A DNA stretch of 62,190 nucleotides from a virus (lineage: Duplodnaviria; Caudoviricetes): IMG/VR virus record IMGVR_UViG_3300031511_000001, positions 1 through 62,190 of that record. One strand, 5' to 3'. How positions within the stretch are numbered: position 1 is the stretch's first letter; every line of letters starts with the position of its first letter. Position numbers and translations under genes: made by a program. The notes under the pieces were generated by a model. That model ran no database searches, was not told the DNA's origin, and saw only the letters and a list, made by a program, of their open reading frames with translations. This document shows, in pieces, positions 35,789-45,018 of this stretch.

Positions 35789-35825
35789 TTGACGCAACAT
35801 ATTAATAGCGCCTATGTTGGGTCAA
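35789..35825. promoter_or_regulatory. inverted-repeat divergent promoter/operator
   Basis: TTGACGCAACATA-N11-TATGTTGGGTCAA (12/13 inverted match) between divergent operons. Confidence 0.7.
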
Positions 35826-35848
35826 ACGCAAGCGCGAAGATATTTGGG

Positions 35849-37006
35849 ATGGATTTGATGGTCACAGAAATCGAACAGTTGAGCGACGGCATTTTCTTCA
35901 ACCTCGACGATGACACCTATCACGGCCAGGAGCGCCTGAGCGCCAGCGGCGTTTGCAACATGCTGGTGTCGCCGGCTACGTTCTGGAAGGAAAGCTGGCT
36001 CAATCCTGATCGCGAGCCGCGCAATACGAAGGCGCTCGCCATCGGCCGCGCCTATGACAAGGCCAAATTCGAGCCCGAGGCGTTTCTCAGCGGCTATGCG
36101 CCGCTGCCCAATCCTGCCGACTATGGCGACGAGCTTTTGACGACGCATGCCAAGATCCAGGAAAAGCTGGCAGACCTTGGCGAGAAGAAAACGCTTGCCG
36201 GCGAGAAGGTGCTCGAAGCGGCGGTTCGGCTCCGCGGCGCCGGCTATACCGGGCCGATCTGGCATCTGATTGACGCCGAGGCTGCCGAAAAGCGCGAAGC
36301 CGACGGCTCCATCGGCATCGACCCGGCAACCTATCGCGAAATCGTCAACGACATGAAGATGCTGCGCGCCAATCCTGAAATCGCTCCGATGTTCGAAGGC
36401 GGCGAGGCGCAGGTTTCGGTGCTGTGGACCGACGAGAAGGGCGTCAAGTGGAAGGGTCGCCCCGACTATCTCAAGGAACGCATTATCGTCGACCTGAAAT
36501 CCTTTGAGAACGGCCAGCGCAAGAACCTCAACCAGTGCATTTCTGACGCGATCCGGTTCAATCGCCTTCACGTGCAAGGCTTTCTTTATCGCGATGTCGC
36601 CGAGATGATTCGCGCCGGCAAGCTCCGCATCGCCAAGGTGCAGAACCAGCCCCAAAAGGATCTGATCGCGGCCATTCGCGCGAGCGACGTCCCCTTCGAA
36701 TTCTGGTGGCTGTTTCAGGAAAAGCGCGGCGTCCCGAACGTGCTCGCCCGGCGCTTCCGCATGACGCGCCAGCCGACGCCGGAACTGCTTTACAACGCCC
36801 CGAACGAGGAAGCGCGCGAGCGTTTGCGCCAGGCTTACAAGAGCTTCAACAAGCTCGCTTTGAAGGCCAAGTGGGAAATCGAATGGGCGCGCGACACCTA
36901 TCTGAAATGCCTCGAAATCTGGCCCGATGGCCCGTGGGGGTCGCTGCAGCCTGTTCTCGACATCGACGACGAGGACTTTCCGCCGTACTTCTTGGGGGAT
37001 GTGTGA
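35849..37006 (+). CDS. RecE/exonuclease VIII-like PD-(D/E)XK nuclease
   Basis: YH...LSASG...KGRPDYL...IVDLKS. Confidence 0.8.
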   Translation: MDLMVTEIEQLSDGIFFNLDDDTYHGQERLSASGVCNMLVSPATFWKESWLNPDREPRNTKALAIGRAYDKAKFEPEAFLSGYAPLPNPADYGDELLTTHAKIQEKLADLGEKKTLAGEKVLEAAVRLRGAGYTGPIWHLIDAEAAEKREADGSIGIDPATYREIVNDMKMLRANPEIAPMFEGGEAQVSVLWTDEKGVKWKGRPDYLKERIIVDLKSFENGQRKNLNQCISDAIRFNRLHVQGFLYRDVAEMIRAGKLRIAKVQNQPQKDLIAAIRASDVPFEFWWLFQEKRGVPNVLARRFRMTRQPTPELLYNAPNEEARERLRQAYKSFNKLALKAKWEIEWARDTYLKCLEIWPDGPWGSLQPVLDIDDEDFPPYFLGDV

Positions 37007-37152
37007 TGAAGATCAAAATGAGCCTCGTTTGGCTCGCAGTCGCTTGGGGAAACGCCCTTTTCTTTATGTTTGGACCTCATGATACCCTGTCTGGAACCGT
37101 GACTATTATTTCGATTGCCACATGGAGCATTCTTTCGGAGATGGACAAATGA
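37006..37152 (+). CDS. small membrane protein
   Basis: TGATG coupling; two hydrophobic segments. Confidence 0.45.
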   Translation: MKIKMSLVWLAVAWGNALFFMFGPHDTLSGTVTIISIATWSILSEMDK

Positions 37153-37739
37153 GTTACCTGATCTTCGACACCGAGACAAGTTCGCTCGCAAGATTCGACT
37201 TGGCCGCCGATCATCCGGATCAGGCACGCATTGTCCAGTTGGGCGCGATGCTCTGCGATGGTGATGACTTCGCGCCGGTTGCCGAGATGAACGCGATCAT
37301 TAAGCCCGATGGCTGGGTGATTGGCGAAACGGCCCAGAAGGTGCATGGCATCAGCCTGGAGCGCGCCATGGACGAAGGCCGGCCGATTGCCGACGTGATC
37401 GAGGAATTCGACGCGCTGGCCGATAAGGCCGACGTGCTCGCCGGCTATTTCGTGCGCTTCGACAACAAGCTGATCCGCGGCGAGCGCCGCCGGCTCGGAC
37501 GCGATGATCGGTACGGCGTTCTGCCGGAACTCGACATTATGTGGGCGTGCAAGTCGCTCTGCCCGTTCAAGAAGATGCCCAAGCTTGAGGAGGCGTATCG
37601 CTTCCTGATCGGCCGCGAAATCGAAAACGCGCACGATGCTTTGGGCGATGTCTCGGCCACGCATGAGCTTCTGATCCACCTGCATCAGATCGGCATCGAC
37701 ATCGGCGGCAAGATGCCCAAGAGCGGGAGGGTGAAATGA
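37149..37739 (+). CDS. DEDDh 3'-5' exonuclease (DnaQ-like)
   Basis: IFDTET...FD...AHDALGDV. Confidence 0.85.
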   Translation: MSYLIFDTETSSLARFDLAADHPDQARIVQLGAMLCDGDDFAPVAEMNAIIKPDGWVIGETAQKVHGISLERAMDEGRPIADVIEEFDALADKADVLAGYFVRFDNKLIRGERRRLGRDDRYGVLPELDIMWACKSLCPFKKMPKLEEAYRFLIGREIENAHDALGDVSATHELLIHLHQIGIDIGGKMPKSGRVK

Positions 37740-38794
37740 GCTTCCGTCCCGCAACCGTCGCCGGCACCAAGGCGCTGACCTGCATCTACTCGGAGTCTGG
37801 CGGTGGCAAGACCTATTCGGCTTTGCTGCTCGCGCGCGGTCTGGTCGGGCCGACCGGTCGCATTGCCCTGATCGACACCGAGAACCGGCGCGGCGAACTC
37901 TATGCCGATGATCCGAAGATCGGCGGCTATGACGTCATGCAATTGGGCGAGCCCTTCAGCCCGCAGCGCTACATGGACGCGATCGACGAGGCCGAACAGT
38001 CCGGCTACGACGCCATCGTGATCGATTCCATGAGCCATGAATGGGAGGGCATCGGCGGCGTGCTCGATATGGCGCAGGAGATCGCGCTGAAACGCAATCG
38101 CGACAGTCCGGCATTTGGCGACTGGAAAGAGCCGAAGACCCAGCATAAGCACCTGATCGCCAAGATGATGCGCTCCCCGGCGCATGTGATCGTTTGCGCA
38201 CGCGCTCAGTACAAATCGCGCCAGATCGAAAAGAGGGATTACGCGAAATTCGGCATTCGGAGCCAAGCGAACACGACCGTGATCCGTGACGAGTATCAGT
38301 CGCCGATCCAGGAGGAGCGCTTCATCTTCGAGATGACCGTTCACATGCAGATGTCGAACCAACATCCCGGCGTGCCGATCATCACCAAGTGCCCGGAGAT
38401 GCTGATGGCAGCATTTCCGAACGGCGAGCAGATCACGGTCGAGACTGGCGCTCGCATGGCGCGGTTCTACAACCAGGGCGCGCCGCCGTCGGTTGGCGCC
38501 GCCGACATCGCCGACCAGGCTGAAGTCGCGGCGCGCGGCGGCATGGCTGACTACAAGGCGTTCTTCGAGGGCCTGCAGCCGCACGAGAGGCGTGATCTGG
38601 CCAACAGCGCCATCCATGAGCGCATGAAGGCCATTGCTGCCGATATCGACAAGCGCGCGGCAGAGATGGCGGCACCGGAGCCGGACGACCCGGAGCCTCC
38701 GCGCGAGGAGCCGACGACGCGCTACGTCGCGCCAAACTTCGACACCATGCCGGGCGGCGCGACCGACGATGATGACATTCCTTTTGAACCGTAG
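37736..38794 (+). CDS. AAA ATPase, Sak4-like recombination protein
   Basis: SGGGKTYSAL; IDTE; IVIDSMSHEWEG; DDDIPF tail. Confidence 0.8.
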   Translation: MSFRPATVAGTKALTCIYSESGGGKTYSALLLARGLVGPTGRIALIDTENRRGELYADDPKIGGYDVMQLGEPFSPQRYMDAIDEAEQSGYDAIVIDSMSHEWEGIGGVLDMAQEIALKRNRDSPAFGDWKEPKTQHKHLIAKMMRSPAHVIVCARAQYKSRQIEKRDYAKFGIRSQANTTVIRDEYQSPIQEERFIFEMTVHMQMSNQHPGVPIITKCPEMLMAAFPNGEQITVETGARMARFYNQGAPPSVGAADIADQAEVAARGGMADYKAFFEGLQPHERRDLANSAIHERMKAIAADIDKRAAEMAAPEPDDPEPPREEPTTRYVAPNFDTMPGGATDDDDIPFEP

Positions 38795-38803
38795 GAGACA
38801 ATC

Positions 38804-39238
38804 ATGAACGAGACTACCCAGACTGCCCAGACTGAAGGCACCGTCACCGAGCGCGAGCGCTTGGCGTTCGAAGGGGCTTTGCAGCTTTCCGTGCATCTGC
38901 AAAGCATCTGGAGCGATGAATTGCCTGTGACTGATCGCTTCCAAACGGCGTTTGCCGCGACCAAAAAGGCTCTCGGCATCGGCGACGTGATCGTCAACGT
39001 TCCGAATCCGAAGCCGGCGGTCCCAATCAACAAATCGGTCACACCCGATTTCATTATCTGCCTCGAGGATGGCAAGAAGTTCAAATCCCTCAAGCGCCAT
39101 CTGCGGACGCACTACAACCTGACGCCCGAGCAGTACCGCGAGAAGTGGGGTCTGCCGGCGACGTATCCGATGGTCTGCGCCAATTATTCCGCAGTCCGGT
39201 CGCAGCTCGCCAAGGACAACGGGCTCGGAACCAAGTAG
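38804..39238 (+). CDS. mucR: MucR/Ros family regulator
   Basis: IICLEDGKKFKSLKRHLRTHYNLTPEQYREKWGLP. Confidence 0.9.
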   Translation: MNETTQTAQTEGTVTERERLAFEGALQLSVHLQSIWSDELPVTDRFQTAFAATKKALGIGDVIVNVPNPKPAVPINKSVTPDFIICLEDGKKFKSLKRHLRTHYNLTPEQYREKWGLPATYPMVCANYSAVRSQLAKDNGLGTK

Positions 39239-39248
39239 GAGCGCGATC

Positions 39249-39716
39249 ATGCCGTCGAAAAAGAGCCAGGTTCCCTATGCCGGAGCAACGAGCGGCGAAG
39301 CCGCGCGGAGAGAAATCATCAAAATCCTGAAGCGGTTCGGCTGCTCGTCCATCGGCTTCATGGATGAATTCGAGCGGCATGAGCTTCTGCTCGTTTTTGT
39401 CCATCGCGGCCGCAACGTGCAGCTTCGGGCCAGCGCAAAAGGCTGGGCTGAGCTTTACCTGAAGGAAAACCCGTGGTCGGGCCTGCGTAAATCCAGTCGC
39501 GAGGAGTATGAACGCGCGGCCATTTTGCACGGACTGATTGCCGTCAACTCGATCTTGCGCGACTGGGTCAAGGGCCAGGTCACGGCGGTCGAGACGGGTA
39601 TCCTGTCGTTCGAGGCCGTGTTCATGCCCTACATGATGACAAACGAGGGGCGCACCATGCTTGAGGTTGTCCAGAACGCCAATCTCCTACCCCCTCCAAC
39701 CGAGGAAACGAAATGA
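39249..39716 (+). CDS. conserved hypothetical phage protein
   Basis: RBS; ILRDWVKGQVTAVETG. Confidence 0.6.
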   Translation: MPSKKSQVPYAGATSGEAARREIIKILKRFGCSSIGFMDEFERHELLLVFVHRGRNVQLRASAKGWAELYLKENPWSGLRKSSREEYERAAILHGLIAVNSILRDWVKGQVTAVETGILSFEAVFMPYMMTNEGRTMLEVVQNANLLPPPTEETK

Positions 39717-41041
39717 CCACCGAAGACGATGCCCCTTTCGACGCTCCAATCGAGCAACCGACGGCGCCGAAACAGCGCCCGCAAGCCGCCGGTGCGGACG
39801 CAGCCAAAGCGAAGGCGCTCGAACTCGCCCGGCAGAAATCCGAGGCACCGCAGGGTGTTGACGACGAGCCGGACGAGAACGCGCCGGAGATTGTGAAATT
39901 CGTCCAGTCCGATCCTGGCGCTGTGCTGGTCGATGAGGCCAAACGTGGCGAGCTCGTGAAATACATCGAAGGCGAGATCGCAAACTTCGTGCCGGACCTG
40001 TCGACCGGAACCGGCCGCAAGGCCGTGGCCGCGTTCGCCTACAAGATCACGCGCACCAAGACGGCGCTCGACAATGCCGGCAAGGCGCTCAACGCCGAGC
40101 TCCGTGCCCGCATCGATCAGGTCGATGAAAAGCGCCGCGAAGTGCGCGCGACTTTCGACGATCTGATGGCCAAAGCGCGCAAGCCGCTGACCGATTGGGA
40201 GGCGGCCGAAGAAAAGCGTAAAACCAATCGCGAGGCGTTTTTCAATCGCCTGCAGGAACTCGGATCACCCCTGATCGGCGACACCTCCACATCGATTGCC
40301 GAGCGCATTGAGGCCCTGGACCATCTTGTGCCGGCCCTCGATGACTTCGGCGACAATCATCAGGCGGCCATCGACATGCGGACCCGCGCACTGGACGATC
40401 TGCGTGGCCACTTGGCGCGCACCGTCGAGGCTGAGCGCGTCGCCGCAGAGAATGAGCGCCTACGGGCCGAAGCCGCTGCACGCGAGCAGGAGCTTGCCAA
40501 ACTGCGCCGGCAACAGCAGGAGCGGGAGGCTGAAGATGCTCGGACGGCGCGTGCGCGCGAGGCCGGGGCGGCGCAGGCGGCAGCACAGAAGGCCGAGGAC
40601 GAACAGCGACAGGCGAGAGAGGCTAAAGCAGCAGAACTGCATCAGCAGCAGGCAGAGAACGCTCGCGAGATGGCTACGCAACTTGAGAACGTCTTTTTAC
40701 GCGTTGCCGAACTTACCGACCACAAATCGGATGTTCCTGGACTGCGTTCATTGCTTGATGGAATCCTGGATTTTGGATTTTCTTCCGAACAGTACGGGGA
40801 CCGGGCCGCCGAATTACACGCCTCCCATGCGCGGCTTGTAGGAGCCATCAGATCGAAGCTGATGACCTTTGGCCTCCAAGCCGAAGCCGACGCCAATCAG
40901 GCCGTCCGTCGCCAGCGCAACACCGAAGCGCGCGATTCCCTCGTCGAAGTCTGCGCGCTCGACAAGGACAAGGCCACCGAAATCGTCAAGGCGATCATCG
41001 GCGACAAGATCAAGTACATCCACATCGGGAGCACATCATGA
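39713..41041 (+). CDS. coiled-coil phage protein
   Basis: PDLSTGTGRKAVAAFAYKITRTKT...RKPLTDWE family motif. Confidence 0.7.
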   Translation: MTTEDDAPFDAPIEQPTAPKQRPQAAGADAAKAKALELARQKSEAPQGVDDEPDENAPEIVKFVQSDPGAVLVDEAKRGELVKYIEGEIANFVPDLSTGTGRKAVAAFAYKITRTKTALDNAGKALNAELRARIDQVDEKRREVRATFDDLMAKARKPLTDWEAAEEKRKTNREAFFNRLQELGSPLIGDTSTSIAERIEALDHLVPALDDFGDNHQAAIDMRTRALDDLRGHLARTVEAERVAAENERLRAEAAAREQELAKLRRQQQEREAEDARTARAREAGAAQAAAQKAEDEQRQAREAKAAELHQQQAENAREMATQLENVFLRVAELTDHKSDVPGLRSLLDGILDFGFSSEQYGDRAAELHASHARLVGAIRSKLMTFGLQAEADANQAVRRQRNTEARDSLVEVCALDKDKATEIVKAIIGDKIKYIHIGSTS

Positions 41042-41403
41042 CCATTTCGACCGACGACCTTCAGCGCGAACTCGACCGGCTGCGCGGGGAGACGGACACG
41101 CAGCCCGCACCGAAAGCTCAGCACCCGCTCTACGCCGCCATCGACTATCTCGACAATATCGTCAAGAAGCCACCCAGCGATGCGCTCCAAGCGGCTCTAG
41201 CCGAGACCGAAATGCGCATCGGCAAGAATCGCGCGGCCATCGAATCGTGCCGGATCACGCGCAAGGGACTGGCTGACATGAAGGCCAAGCTCGAGGCAGC
41301 CGACATCCGGGAGTCCCGGCGCGAACAGGAGATTCTGCAAAGCCTTGAAGCCGACATCCGCGCCAGATCCGGCATCGAAGCCCGCATCGTGACGATGGGG
41401 TGA
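41038..41403 (+). CDS. hypothetical coiled-coil protein
   Basis: ATGA overlap. Confidence 0.55.
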   Translation: MTISTDDLQRELDRLRGETDTQPAPKAQHPLYAAIDYLDNIVKKPPSDALQAALAETEMRIGKNRAAIESCRITRKGLADMKAKLEAADIRESRREQEILQSLEADIRARSGIEARIVTMG

Positions 41404-41407
41404 GACC

Positions 41408-41938
41408 ATGACCATCGGCCAGCTTCCGCAGGATGGCGTCTTTCGTCTTCGTCCAATCGAGGAGGGTTCTGATGCGGCGGCGCGCTTGCTTTTGGCTCTC
41501 GAGTCCGGGCTGCCGCCCGACCGTCTGGCGGCGGCCGTGAGGATCAGCCGGCGCGCCTTCGACAAATTCATCGAACTGGCGCGCGAAGGTCGATTGCCGC
41601 GCGGCAGGCTTGCGGCTGCCGATATATTGCCGCGAGGCAGGCCTGCGCCTCTGACGCATCCGCTTGGACGCCCTTATTTCAGAGCCATCGCCATGCGGAT
41701 GATACGAAAGGATGGCATCTACACCGGCGACATCGAGGCCATTCTGGTGGCCGCGCAAAAGACGATGCCGGTCGCCAACGTGATCTCAGAAATGCGCAAG
41801 AGGCTGAAGCCGCACGGCGTCGTGATCGCCAGTAAATATTCTGGCCGCTTTCGCACGCACTACACGATTACGGAGGGGCGCGATGCGCTTGCGCGGCTCA
41901 TCGAGGAAGCGGTTTTGATCGAAGGAGATCTGAAATGA
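41408..41938 (+). CDS. hypothetical, C-terminal winged-helix-like
   Basis: NVISEMRKRLKPHGVVI resembles an OmpR-type recognition helix and wing. Confidence 0.5.
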   Translation: MTIGQLPQDGVFRLRPIEEGSDAAARLLLALESGLPPDRLAAAVRISRRAFDKFIELAREGRLPRGRLAAADILPRGRPAPLTHPLGRPYFRAIAMRMIRKDGIYTGDIEAILVAAQKTMPVANVISEMRKRLKPHGVVIASKYSGRFRTHYTITEGRDALARLIEEAVLIEGDLK

Positions 41939-42144
41939 GAATGAGCATTATTCGTCATGTTGTCTGGGCCTGGCAGGACTGGCGCTTCGACACCGCCATG
42001 TCGAAGAAATACCCGCAATACGCTGAACTGGTGAGGCGCCGCAAGGAGCGCCAGCGCCGTCATGGGCGTGTGAGCCGGATTACAGCCCGTCTTTCTTCGC
42101 TACTGCATGCGGAGTTGCGACGTGAAGTCGACCGCAAGACCTGA
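41935..42144 (+). CDS. small basic protein
   Basis: ATGA overlap; GGAG RBS. Confidence 0.5.
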   Translation: MRMSIIRHVVWAWQDWRFDTAMSKKYPQYAELVRRRKERQRRHGRVSRITARLSSLLHAELRREVDRKT

Positions 42145-42171
42145 TGAACGCTGCCTTATTTGATGCGACGT

Positions 42172-42684
42172 TTAATCGCCTCGATCAGGTTTTTCAGTGC
42201 CGTGAGCGGCTTGACGTGAGGCCAGAGCATCATTAGCAGCGCGAGATCGATTGCCAGAAGAAGCCATCTTCCCTTGGACATCAGAAACTCGACTACCATT
42301 TTTCCGAGGCCAGATAATCGTTGCCATGGCAATGGCGCCAAATGCTTCCTGAATAGTCCCGGCCCAATCCCAGCTCAGCCAATCGAAAGACCCGGCTAGC
42401 AGAGTGGCCGAGACGACGGTCAGGCAAAATGCAACGCCGAGATTGCGTCCAACTTGTGCGTGGAAAAACACCAGCGCAATTGCAATCAGGAAGTAACCGA
42501 AGGCGAGATAGGTCAGAGCCTTGTCGTCCGGCAGAAACGTTACGGATATCCGGTCGCAGAGTTCGAGAGCCAGCATCGAAGATGCCATAATCCGCGCCGG
42601 TCGAATCCAAAGTGCCGGCACCATCGTGACAAGCAGTACAGCCAGATACAGGGCGCCCCATCCTGTCGTGAAAAAGAAGCTCAT
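42172..42684 (-). CDS. multi-pass membrane protein
   Basis: About five hydrophobic segments. Confidence 0.55.
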   Translation of the reverse strand: MSFFFTTGWGALYLAVLLVTMVPALWIRPARIMASSMLALELCDRISVTFLPDDKALTYLAFGYFLIAIALVFFHAQVGRNLGVAFCLTVVSATLLAGSFDWLSWDWAGTIQEAFGAIAMATIIWPRKNGSRVSDVQGKMASSGNRSRAANDALASRQAAHGTEKPDRGD

Positions 42685-43055
42685 CTGATGGAAGCCGTCC
42701 CGACATCAGGAGCCGCCTTTCTTTGCGCGGAAAGAGTGCTGATGGTCTCGACGATCTGCTCATCCGTCGGTTCAGCGATGCCGCACAATCCAAGGACGCC
42801 GCGCAGAATGTCGTGGGCATGGGCGATGTTGCCAGGCGCGGTCTGTGCGGAACGCAAAAGAGCCAGCGTCTCGCCAGCCTGGGTTTGCTTGGCACCGTAG
42901 CCGTTCTTTTTGTCCGTGACTTCGGCAATCGCGGCGCGGATATCTGGTAATGATGCGTCGATCTCGGATTCGAGGTCGGCAGCAAGACGACGCAACCGAA
43001 CAAGCCGACTTCCGGCCCGCACCACACTTTCGGGGGTTTTCTTGAGATCGCTCAT
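42681..43055 (-). CDS. hypothetical protein
   Basis: Coupled ORF. Confidence 0.55.
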   Translation of the reverse strand: MSDLKKTPESVVRAGSRLVRLRRLAADLESEIDASLPDIRAAIAEVTDKKNGYGAKQTQAGETLALLRSAQTAPGNIAHAHDILRGVLGLCGIAEPTDEQIVETISTLSAQRKAAPDVGTASIR

Positions 43056-43291
43056 TTTGGAGCTCCTATGGTTACAGAAATTATAAGGCCGATGAATGCC
43101 AGCAAAACGACGCCGACAAACCCCGTTACAACAGATCGGATTGGCGCAAATTCGGCTTTCGAGACATAATTTCCGGACATATTTGCCTCCATTTTGTTGA
43201 TCGCCAGTTTTATGTCGGCGATATCCAAGGCCGTTAGCTTCGTCCGCTCATCGACGCGCGCCAACAGTGCTCTGTCCTGATCCGCAGTCAT
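43052..43291 (-). CDS. holin-like small membrane protein
   Basis: LARVDERT coiled coil plus C-terminal TM segment; lysis cluster. Confidence 0.5.
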   Translation of the reverse strand: MTADQDRALLARVDERTKLTALDIADIKLAINKMEANMSGNYVSKAEFAPIRSVVTGFVGVVLLAFIGLIISVTIGAPK

Positions 43292-43572
43292 GACATACCT
43301 TCGTTTTTGGCATTCTCTTCGCGCGCATCACTTTGACCTGCGGCAAAGGCAACCTTTTCCTTCGCCGCGACTATGACGTCGTGCATGTGGTTGGTCTGTG
43401 TCCGAACCACCTTGACTTCGCCCTGCACGGCCGTGACTTCACCCTGCACGGCCGTGACTTCACCCTGCACTTTCTCTGTCGCCTTCAGGTTCTTGTGCTG
43501 AAAATAGATGCTGACGGCCTGGATCAGGGCGACGATAATGAGGGCAAGTCCGGGATCAACAGTTATCGGCAT
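43288..43572 (-). CDS. single-TM coiled-coil protein of the lysis cluster
   Basis: N-terminal TM segment; VQGEVTA heptad repeats. Confidence 0.55.
   Translation of the reverse strand: MPITVDPGLALIIVALIQAVSIYFQHKNLKATEKVQGEVTAVQGEVTAVQGEVKVVRTQTNHMHDVIVAAKEKVAFAAGQSDAREENAKNEGMS
43413..43470. repeat. 21-bp tandem repeat (2.8 copies)
   Basis: TGACTTC(G/A)CCCTGCACGGCCG units. Confidence 0.9.
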
Positions 43573-43576
43573 CTGC

Positions 43577-43783
43577 TCATCCTTTCGCTTTGTCGGGAGT
43601 TTTCCAGCCGCAGACGTCGGCGCCAGCGTCATTGATCGTCAAAAACCACTCGGCGGTCGGCCTGGTCAAATGGTCGCCTTTGCGGAGATAGCCGGGGCCG
43701 GCGGAGCACAGATTGCCGATCGAGGCGCATCCGGCCAGAGACAATAGAGCGACCATGGCGACGATCAGTCTTTTATGGTCCAT
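43577..43783 (-). CDS. o-spanin (lipoprotein)
   Basis: Lipobox LAGC; overlaps the i-spanin end. Confidence 0.7.
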   Translation of the reverse strand: MDHKRLIVAMVALLSLAGCASIGNLCSAGPGYLRKGDHLTRPTAEWFLTINDAGADVCGWKTPDKAKG

Positions 43784-44019
43784 TTTTCCAGCGCCTTTTT
43801 CAGTTCCTCGTCGGTCATGGCTCGGGCCTTTGCTCGAGCACGATTGACCGCATCAACATCGTGCCGTTCCTTGGCAGCCTGCTTGGCCTCCACGGCCGCT
43901 CGCCCGACGCTTTCGCCCTTGAAGAATGCAACGACAACCGCGACCAAGCCGGCCACCGCTAGGTACGCATAGAACTTCGTTCCTTTCATCAACGACAGCA
44001 GGAGGCCGAGCCAGTTCAT
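43765..44019 (-). CDS. i-spanin
   Basis: N-terminal TM segment plus helical periplasmic domain. Confidence 0.65.
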   Translation of the reverse strand: MNWLGLLLSLMKGTKFYAYLAVAGLVAVVVAFFKGESVGRAAVEAKQAAKERHDVDAVNRARAKARAMTDEELKKALEKWTIKD

Positions 44020-44028
44020 GGGAAAATC

Positions 44029-44181
44029 CTATCCGGAATTTTCGACTTCTCTGACGGTGATCACAAAGGGCATACAGCCGGGGCGCCGGCACATCGCATA
44101 GCCATCGGCAACAGCCATCACCCGCGCTTCGTGACCCTTCCATTGGAAGATGTGACCTTTGGCAATCTTGCTCTTGGCCAT
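44029..44181 (-). CDS. 50-aa hypothetical inserted between endolysin and spanin
   Basis: MAKSKIAKGHIFQWKGHEARVMAVADGYAMCRRPGCMPFVITVREVENSG; AGGAG RBS. Confidence 0.55.
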   Translation of the reverse strand: MAKSKIAKGHIFQWKGHEARVMAVADGYAMCRRPGCMPFVITVREVENSG

Positions 44182-44190
44182 CCGGAACTC

Positions 44191-44997
44191 CTATCCCGCC
44201 ACAAGCCGCGGCTGCTTGGCGACATCGACCGCTGCCGATGCCAGCGCCTTTGCGCGGGCGCTCTGCATCGATCCGCGATAGACCATGAAAACGGCAACAA
44301 TGCCGACGGCGGCCACACCAACCCAGAACACCGGGTTGCCGATGAGTGCGCCCCAGTCCGCCTGTGTCGCTGCGCCAGCCGTGACCACGCCGCCAGTGCC
44401 GGTTTGGCGCTTGGTCGCAGTGACATTCGTCTCGGCCTTCTTCTGCTCGGCGATGATCTCGGCGCTTGTCATGACCATGGCCAGCGACTTCGCCTCGATG
44501 CGCGTGATGCGGGCGGTCCACCCTTTGCCGAAATAGATGAAATTCGTCAGGGCCTCGACAAAGCTCTGACGCCGGGAGTTGACGCCTTTGATTGTGACGA
44601 TCACGGCGTCTCTGGTCTTGAGCGCAGCCACGCCGGCCGCCGTGATCTGGCCGTAACCGCCGTCAACAGGCATATTGCCGAGCGCACCCTGCAGCCATTT
44701 GATGCTACGACCGGGGCCGGAATTGACGCCGCCATCCCAGACCGACAGGTCGAGGCCGACCGGCAGATCGTCGCCGTGAACCGGATTCCAGTATTGGGTT
44801 CGATAGATGGCTTCGAGCTCAACATCGGTGATCTGGCGCACGTCGCGCGTCGGCAGCCCGCGAAGGGACCGCCATGCGTCATAGACGCGCTGGATGATGC
44901 CCTTCATCGTCGCGCCACCGGGATCATGCTTTGAGTTTGAATAGCCGCCTTCCTCGATCAGCGTGGCGGCCAGACAGGCTTTGAAATTCCCGAACAT
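44191..44997 (-). CDS. endolysin, GH108 with PG-binding domain and C-terminal TM segment
   Basis: EGGYSN...DPGGATMKGI; FGKGWTARI; hydrophobic VFWVGVAAVGIVAVFMVY. Confidence 0.85.
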   Translation of the reverse strand: MFGNFKACLAATLIEEGGYSNSKHDPGGATMKGIIQRVYDAWRSLRGLPTRDVRQITDVELEAIYRTQYWNPVHGDDLPVGLDLSVWDGGVNSGPGRSIKWLQGALGNMPVDGGYGQITAAGVAALKTRDAVIVTIKGVNSRRQSFVEALTNFIYFGKGWTARITRIEAKSLAMVMTSAEIIAEQKKAETNVTATKRQTGTGGVVTAGAATQADWGALIGNPVFWVGVAAVGIVAVFMVYRGSMQSARAKALASAAVDVAKQPRLVAG

Positions 44998-45018
44998 TCG
45001 GGCCTCCTGCCGTTCGAG

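Noticed and set aside
35770-35848. CtrA boxes (TTAA-N7-TTAA) in promoter regions
   Set aside because: Only single TTAA half-sites seen in the gaps inspected; no exhaustive scan was done.
38790-39245. TAGGAG at gene junctions as a special repeat
   Set aside because: Generic stop plus Shine-Dalgarno overlap used across the genome; only the TCC-containing form is array-specific.
43413-43470. 21-bp repeat as a regulatory or phase-variable element
   Set aside because: An in-frame heptad expansion of a coiled coil explains it.
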